DNA from: Candidatus Omnitrophota bacterium
GTDB taxonomy: Bacteria; CAIJMQ01
Reading direction: 5' to 3'
NCBI GenBank assembly: GCA_018812925.1
Contig: JAHJCU010000004.1
Location: 244,289 to 308,288, forward strand
DNA length: 64,000 nucleotides
Positions 59,037-64,000 of this stretch are shown in pieces. A model generated the notes under the pieces. That model searched no databases, had not been told where the DNA came from, and saw only the letters and a list, made by a program, of their open reading frames with translations. A program made the position numbers and the translations under genes. Numbering within the stretch: the first letter of the stretch is position 1; each line of letters opens with the position of its first letter.

Positions 59037-60269
59037 TTAAAAGAAATTTTTTATCCAATTAAAAACTTTACCTATTGTTTTATCATAAATATTCTCTTTT
59101 TCCCACGGGAAATTTTTTTCTTTATCTCTAACACGTTTACCGTAAGCAATAAGCCCCAACGATGTCGCATATTCCATCGATTCTGAAGGTTTTTGAAAAA
59201 TAGACGGGTTAGCAATTAAATCTGTTCTAATTCCGCCGATTCTCACGGGCAAATTCATCTTCTGCTCTATGACTTCTTTTAATCCAACAAGATTGGATGT
59301 ACCACCCGTAAGCACAATACCCGAACCTAATAAAGGCAGATAATTTCCAATTCTTGCAAATATATGTGAAACCAACATTTCACTTTTCTCTTCTATGATT
59401 TCCGCCAACTCCAATTTTCTTATTTTTTTTGCAGTCGGTTTCCCGAAATTTATTTCTTCGTTATTGTCTAGCAGATACCTTAGGCAAACTCCATGACTCT
59501 TCTTGATTTCCTCGGCTTCTTTTAATGAAACATGCAGTCTGGTCGCTATTTCTCTGGACAAATTTTCTCCTCCATAAGGAAGCGAAGACAAATAAGCAGG
59601 ATATTCTCCTTTATAAATCGCAATATCTGTCAAATGTGAACCCAAGTCTATCAATCCCACCCCTAAATCTTTTTCTTCCGGATAAAGAATAGCTTCTCCG
59701 GTGGCAATCATATTTGCAATAACATGTTCTACATCTAATCCCGCTAAATGAACGCATCTTATTGCGTTTTGAATTGCCGTCGTAATCCCTATTACAGAGG
59801 TTAATTTAACTTTCAATTCTTTTCCGAAAAGTCCGATTGGATTTTTAACCCCCGCTACATTATCCAAGATAAACTCCGAGGGAAGAACATGCAACACTTC
59901 TAACCCTAAAGACGAAGGGCTTGTTTTGGCTTTAAAAATAACTTCTTTTAGATGTTGAACTCCAATTTCTTCCTGGTCAGTTGATAGAGATATCTTGCCT
60001 TCATTATTATTTGAATGAAGATGTTGTCCCGAAATGCCGATAAAGACTGAAGTGATTTCTGTTTTTGCTTTTTTCTCCGCTTTTTGGATTATCCTGCTAA
60101 TACATTCACAGGCAGCTTTCAAATCAACGATAACTCCCCCTCTAATGCCAACGGATTCTTCAATTTCATAACTTTTAAGATTGATTTCTCCGTCTTTACA
60201 ATCGCCTATAGCCACAGCAATTTTACTACTGCCTAAATCAATCCCGGTAATTAAATTTTTATTTTCCAT
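59037..60269 (-). CDS. ftsA: Cell division protein FtsA
   Basis: GIDLGSSKI, E...GV.LIDLG, AE.IK, GIVLTGG, YAT.LGL. Confidence 0.93.
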   Translation of the reverse strand: MENKNLITGIDLGSSKIAVAIGDCKDGEINLKSYEIEESVGIRGGVIVDLKAACECISRIIQKAEKKAKTEITSVFIGISGQHLHSNNNEGKISLSTDQEEIGVQHLKEVIFKAKTSPSSLGLEVLHVLPSEFILDNVAGVKNPIGLFGKELKVKLTSVIGITTAIQNAIRCVHLAGLDVEHVIANMIATGEAILYPEEKDLGVGLIDLGSHLTDIAIYKGEYPAYLSSLPYGGENLSREIATRLHVSLKEAEEIKKSHGVCLRYLLDNNEEINFGKPTAKKIRKLELAEIIEEKSEMLVSHIFARIGNYLPLLGSGIVLTGGTSNLVGLKEVIEQKMNLPVRIGGIRTDLIANPSIFQKPSESMEYATSLGLIAYGKRVRDKEKNFPWEKENIYDKTIGKVFNWIKNFF

Positions 60270-60282
60270 TTTTCTCTAACAA

Positions 60283-60996
60283 CTAATATGGTTTTACCAC
60301 AATATCCTCTCCAAATCTAAAATCAATATATTCTACATTTTTGTAAGGTAATACTTCCATTAAAACCGACAAATAATATGATTCCTTTGCATGTTCTTCG
60401 CTATTCATCCTAATCTCGGTTTTTGCGTTTTCAAGAAGGAAAAACACTTCTGTTTCTGTTTTTACTTTTATAATTTTCACAGAAACTATATCTTTTATAG
60501 AAAGGTATGTTTTTATGGCTCTTTCAAACCCTATAAACGTTTGCCCCAACGGCAAATTTTCTTTCCCGTTTAGTTTCTCATAAACAAGTAGCGGATAAGA
60601 CTCGTTTTCATCGCCTCTGAAGGAGAAAATCGTTCCCTCTTGTGACACCGCCAACTTCATATTTTCCTTCAAAAGCGCGCGTGGGATATATTCATTCACT
60701 TCAACTATCAATTTATCAGGAAGTTCTTTTTTAACTACAACATTCTTTATTTCAGGAATTTCATTTACTCTATCCCTTAATACATCCATTCTGGCAAGAA
60801 AAATATTTTTGTTTTTTAATTGAGAAAAGCTCCCTTCGTCTATCAGGTCTGAATTTAAAATTTCTATATCCTTAATAAGGAACAAACTGGAGCCTATAAA
60901 AATATAGACAATGACAATGCCTGCAAAAAAGATTGCTGCAACTATTATGCTGAATCTTTTTAATAGAGGGGGAAAAAGAGCATTCTTTTTAAACAA
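60283..60996 (-). CDS. ftsQ: Cell division protein FtsQ/DivIB
   Basis: One TM, POTRA-like region (P.IK.V.V.K.LP..L.V.V.E), C-terminal YIDFRF; upstream of ftsA. Confidence 0.8.
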   Translation of the reverse strand: MFKKNALFPPLLKRFSIIVAAIFFAGIVIVYIFIGSSLFLIKDIEILNSDLIDEGSFSQLKNKNIFLARMDVLRDRVNEIPEIKNVVVKKELPDKLIVEVNEYIPRALLKENMKLAVSQEGTIFSFRGDENESYPLLVYEKLNGKENLPLGQTFIGFERAIKTYLSIKDIVSVKIIKVKTETEVFFLLENAKTEIRMNSEEHAKESYYLSVLMEVLPYKNVEYIDFRFGEDIVVKPY

Positions 60997-61882
60997 TTTT
61001 TATCTCCGGTTCTAAAAATATGCCAAATTTTTTTTGAACTTTATCTTGAATAATATTTATCAATTCCAATATATCGTTTGAAGTTGCAGCGCCGGTATTT
61101 ACGATGAAATTAGCATGAAGCTTGGAAACTACAGCACCACCTTTAGATAAGCCTTTTAAGTTGGCTTCCTCAATGAATTTGGCCGCAGAACCTTCGGGAG
61201 GGTTTTTAAAAACACATCCCGCAGATTTCATGTTCCATGGTTGTCGTTTTTTTCGTTCCTTGATATTGTTTTTCATGTCTTCGTCTATCTTGTTTTTATC
61301 TTTTTCAAATAGGGAAAACTCTACTTCCACAACTATTTTCTTTTGTGTATCTATATCACTTTTCCTGTAAAAAAAACCTATTTGCTCTTTTAGAACTATT
61401 TTTTCACCTTGACAATCCATCACCGTTAATTTAGAAACAACATCTTCCATCTTTCCGCAAGATGTCCCGGCATTTGTAATTACTGCTCCTCCAATTGTTC
61501 CCGGAATACCTGCAAGCGGCTCTAATCCCCCCAGGGAATAACTCTTAACTTCTCTTAAAAGAGCACGGAGAGAAACTCCGGCACCTGCTGTAATCGTTTC
61601 TTTAGAACGAGTGATCTTTTTGAACCCGTCTCCCAGTTTAATTACTAAACCTTTCCATCCTTCGTCACTTATTAAAAGGTTGCTGCCATTTCCGATAGTC
61701 AAAAAAGGAATATTAACCTCTTTACACCAATTAAGAAGAATGCTCAAGTCCTCTTTTGTCTGGACTGTACAGAAATAATCCGCATCACCTCCTACCCCAA
61801 ATGTAGTATATCCTGCGAGAGAAACCTTTTCTTCTATTTTGCTAAAACCAAGTCCGAGTTTATTTTGTAGCGCTGTGCACAT
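60989..61882 (-). CDS. murB: UDP-N-acetylmuramate dehydrogenase
   Basis: TTFGVGG.A, GNGSNLL, GIPGTIGGA..NAG, SAGCVFKNP, HANF.VN. Confidence 0.96.
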   Translation of the reverse strand: MCTALQNKLGLGFSKIEEKVSLAGYTTFGVGGDADYFCTVQTKEDLSILLNWCKEVNIPFLTIGNGSNLLISDEGWKGLVIKLGDGFKKITRSKETITAGAGVSLRALLREVKSYSLGGLEPLAGIPGTIGGAVITNAGTSCGKMEDVVSKLTVMDCQGEKIVLKEQIGFFYRKSDIDTQKKIVVEVEFSLFEKDKNKIDEDMKNNIKERKKRQPWNMKSAGCVFKNPPEGSAAKFIEEANLKGLSKGGAVVSKLHANFIVNTGAATSNDILELINIIQDKVQKKFGIFLEPEIKIV

Positions 61883-62017
61883 ATATATATCGTAATCCGT
61901 AAATGGTAATCGGTAATTAGTTCCCTTATCTTCTATCGAAAATAGAAAGGGGACGGTTTATGAGTTACCAATTACAAGACAAATTTACGCCTATTTTCTT
62001 TGAACGAAAAATATAAA

Positions 62018-62106
62018 CCCGCCTGCTTGCTCCGCATCCCCGCCTGCCAACAAACCTTTTGGGCGGGCAGGAAAGCCGGGCAGACTTATGCAAAAATAGG
62101 GCAGGT
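62018..62106. repeat. Nested family D REP-like hairpins
   Basis: CCCGCCTGCTTGC...CCCCGCCTGCC...GGCGGGCAGG...GCCGGGCAG. Confidence 0.7.
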
Positions 62107-62319
62107 ATGATAGAATAATCCATCAAATTAAGTGTTAAGAATTATAGCATAAATCTTCTGTCTTAAGGGAAAAAGTGAGACTTGATTGCACTGTTGAAAA
62201 ACCACAGATTATACGGTTCAAAATAGAGTTTTAAAGCCGTTATTTCTTTAATGTGTGTAATCCGTGAGAAATATTCACAATCTGTTTCTCGGAAAAAAAG
62301 GAAGGAGGTGAGAGAATTC

Positions 62320-62577
62320 ATGAAAGAAGAACAAATAGGTAAAATCACCCATTTCTTTCCTCATATACCCGCAGGAGTAATAGAACTTGAGAAAGAGTTG
62401 AAAATCTCGGATAAAATACATATTAAAGGTCATACCACAGACTTAACTCAAATTATAGATTCTATGCAGATAGATAACGTGTCCGTTCAGGAAGGCAAAA
62501 AGGGAGATGATGTAGCCATAAAATTGAAAGACCGTGTAAGAATTCACGATTTAGTTTATAAAGTAATAGAGGAATAA
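62320..62577 (+). CDS. Small translation-elongation-factor-like beta-barrel protein
   Basis: IGKITHFF, GD-like ISDKIHIKGHTTD..Q...SMQID, VR..D.VY; SD AAGGAGG before ATG 62320. Confidence 0.8.
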   Translation: MKEEQIGKITHFFPHIPAGVIELEKELKISDKIHIKGHTTDLTQIIDSMQIDNVSVQEGKKGDDVAIKLKDRVRIHDLVYKVIEE

Positions 62578-62636
62578 CTAATCTACTAACGTAATTGGTA
62601 AGGGGTAATTTGTAAATAGTAATTACGAGTTACTGA

Positions 62637-62706
62637 TTACCCTTAGAGATTGCTGAGCAATCTCAAGGACTTTGGTCCCGGGAATCTTTCAGATTCCACG
62701 GGGCGA
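62637..62706. repeat. 70-bp double-hairpin element (family C)
   Basis: Inverted 69/70 copy of 2745-2814, also within GTAATT/AATTAC 7-mers. Confidence 0.9.
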
Positions 62707-62818
62707 ATTACTAATCGCGATTTACGGGTTACGATACTCCAACTTAATACATAAGAACTGAATACAAAATACCCATAACAAGTCTTTAAATCACTACATT
62801 TGAATTGAAATATTATCT

Positions 62819-64000
62819 ATGTCTGAATATATCCTTCAATCTTCTAAAAGATTCACGGCAAGCGGAGATTATCTTAAAGACTTAAACCCGCAACAGCTCC
62901 AAGCAGTTACCGCCGAAGATGGCCCATGCATGGTAATTGCAGGCGCGGGTAGCGGCAAAACAAGAGTCGTTACTTGCAGAGTCGCCTATCTTATGGAAAA
63001 AGGCATCCCCGCGGAAAATATTCTTCTTGTCACCTTTACGCAAAAAGCCGCAAAAGAAATGTTGCAACGCGCTTCAGGCTTAATCAGTAACGATATTTCC
63101 AAATTATGGGGAGGTACTTTCCACCATATAAGCAATTTAATTTTGAGAAAACACGCTTCCAAAATAGGATTCAAATCCGATTATACAATTTTGGATAACG
63201 CAGATTCTCAAGACCTCATAAATATATGTAGACAGGAAACAACCCCAAAACAAACCGGCAAATTATTCCCCAAGGCCAGAGTACTTCAAGATATTCTGGG
63301 TCTTTCAATAAATACTCGGGAACATATAAAATTAGTAATAGACAAAAAATATCCCCATCTGGATGAATTTACTCAAGACATTCAAAGAGTTTTCTCGAAA
63401 TACGAGAAAAAGAAAAAAAATATAAACGCGCTTGATTTTGACGACTTACTTGATAAATTCCTTATTCTTTTGAGCGAAAACGAAAACATAAGAGAATTTT
63501 ATTCTAACTCTTTTAGATATATTCTTGTAGATGAATATCAGGATACAAATCTTCTGCAATCCGAAATTCTTGATATCTTGGCTTCACGTTGGCGCAATTT
63601 GATGGTTGTGGGAGACGATTTTCAATCCATTTATTCTTTCAGGGGAGCAAGATACGATAACATCCTCGAATTTCCCCAAAAATATACCGATGCAAAAGTG
63701 TTCACGGTAGATATAAATTATCGTTCTACACCGCATATTTTAAATTTCGCAAATTGTGTAATTTCATCCGCCCGTCACAAATTTAAAAAAGGACTTATCC
63801 CACAAAGAAAAGAAGGGGTAAATCCAATCGTAGTCCCTACCATAGATGTTTACCAGCAAGCTTCTTTCATCGCGCAGAGAATATTTGAACTATACGAAGA
63901 AGGCATACGCTTATCAGACATCGCCGTCCTTTACAGGGCACACTTTCACTCGATGGAACTTCAAATGGAACTTACAAAAAGAGGGATACCTTTCTGGACA
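62819..64000 (+). CDS. UvrD/PcrA-family helicase, 3' end runs off the window
   Basis: Manual translation: DLNPQQLQAV...IAGAGSGKT...TFTQKAA...GTFH...ILVDEYQDTN...VVGDDFQSIYSFRGA. Confidence 0.93.
   Translation, partial: MSEYILQSSKRFTASGDYLKDLNPQQLQAVTAEDGPCMVIAGAGSGKTRVVTCRVAYLMEKGIPAENILLVTFTQKAAKEMLQRASGLISNDISKLWGGTFHHISNLILRKHASKIGFKSDYTILDNADSQDLINICRQETTPKQTGKLFPKARVLQDILGLSINTREHIKLVIDKKYPHLDEFTQDIQRVFSKYEKKKKNINALDFDDLLDKFLILLSENENIREFYSNSFRYILVDEYQDTNLLQSEILDILASRWRNLMVVGDDFQSIYSFRGARYDNILEFPQKYTDAKVFTVDINYRSTPHILNFANCVISSARHKFKKGLIPQRKEGVNPIVVPTIDVYQQASFIAQRIFELYEEGIRLSDIAVLYRAHFHSMELQMELTKRGIPFWT

Noticed and set aside
62251..62319. N-terminal extension of the small beta-barrel gene in the ORF track
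   Set aside because: It lies in repeat DNA; the strong SD supports ATG 62320.

Overview
AT-rich chromosomal window from a diderm bacterium (lolCDE and peptidoglycan/division genes present). The gene content suggests an uncultured candidate-phylum lineage, but taxonomy cannot be fixed from this window. The backbone is housekeeping (rdgB, trpF, dgt, ftsH-folP, mreB, panD, rny-ymdB, lysS-lolC/E-lolD, rpsU-apgM, cmk-mnmE-plsC, tgt-yajC-secD-secF, murB-ftsQ-ftsA-ftsZ-glyA, partial uvrD/pcrA). No rRNA, tRNA, CRISPR array, integrase or transposase gene was recognised. The unusual content is: (1) an integron-like run of small co-oriented genes at about 37.6-47.75 kb, where four consecutive genes are each preceded by an identical 19-bp motif and several junctions carry a second motif, neither resembling attC; (2) a four-helix-bundle (Avd-like) gene inside one copy of a repeat whose empty copies lie in other operon junctions, all oriented with transcription; (3) an archaeal-type MC1 chromatin protein gene with its own promoter and terminator; (4) at least five families of short palindromic repeats that nest in each other and in 7-nt tandem arrays, one copy apparently splitting the apgM start; (5) candidate defence genes (NucS-EVE fusion, HEPN-like protein, MTase-endonuclease fusion with a structured leader); and (6) an FtsZ lacking the catalytic T7-loop Asp. 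Family assignments come from motif recognition by eye, not database searches.
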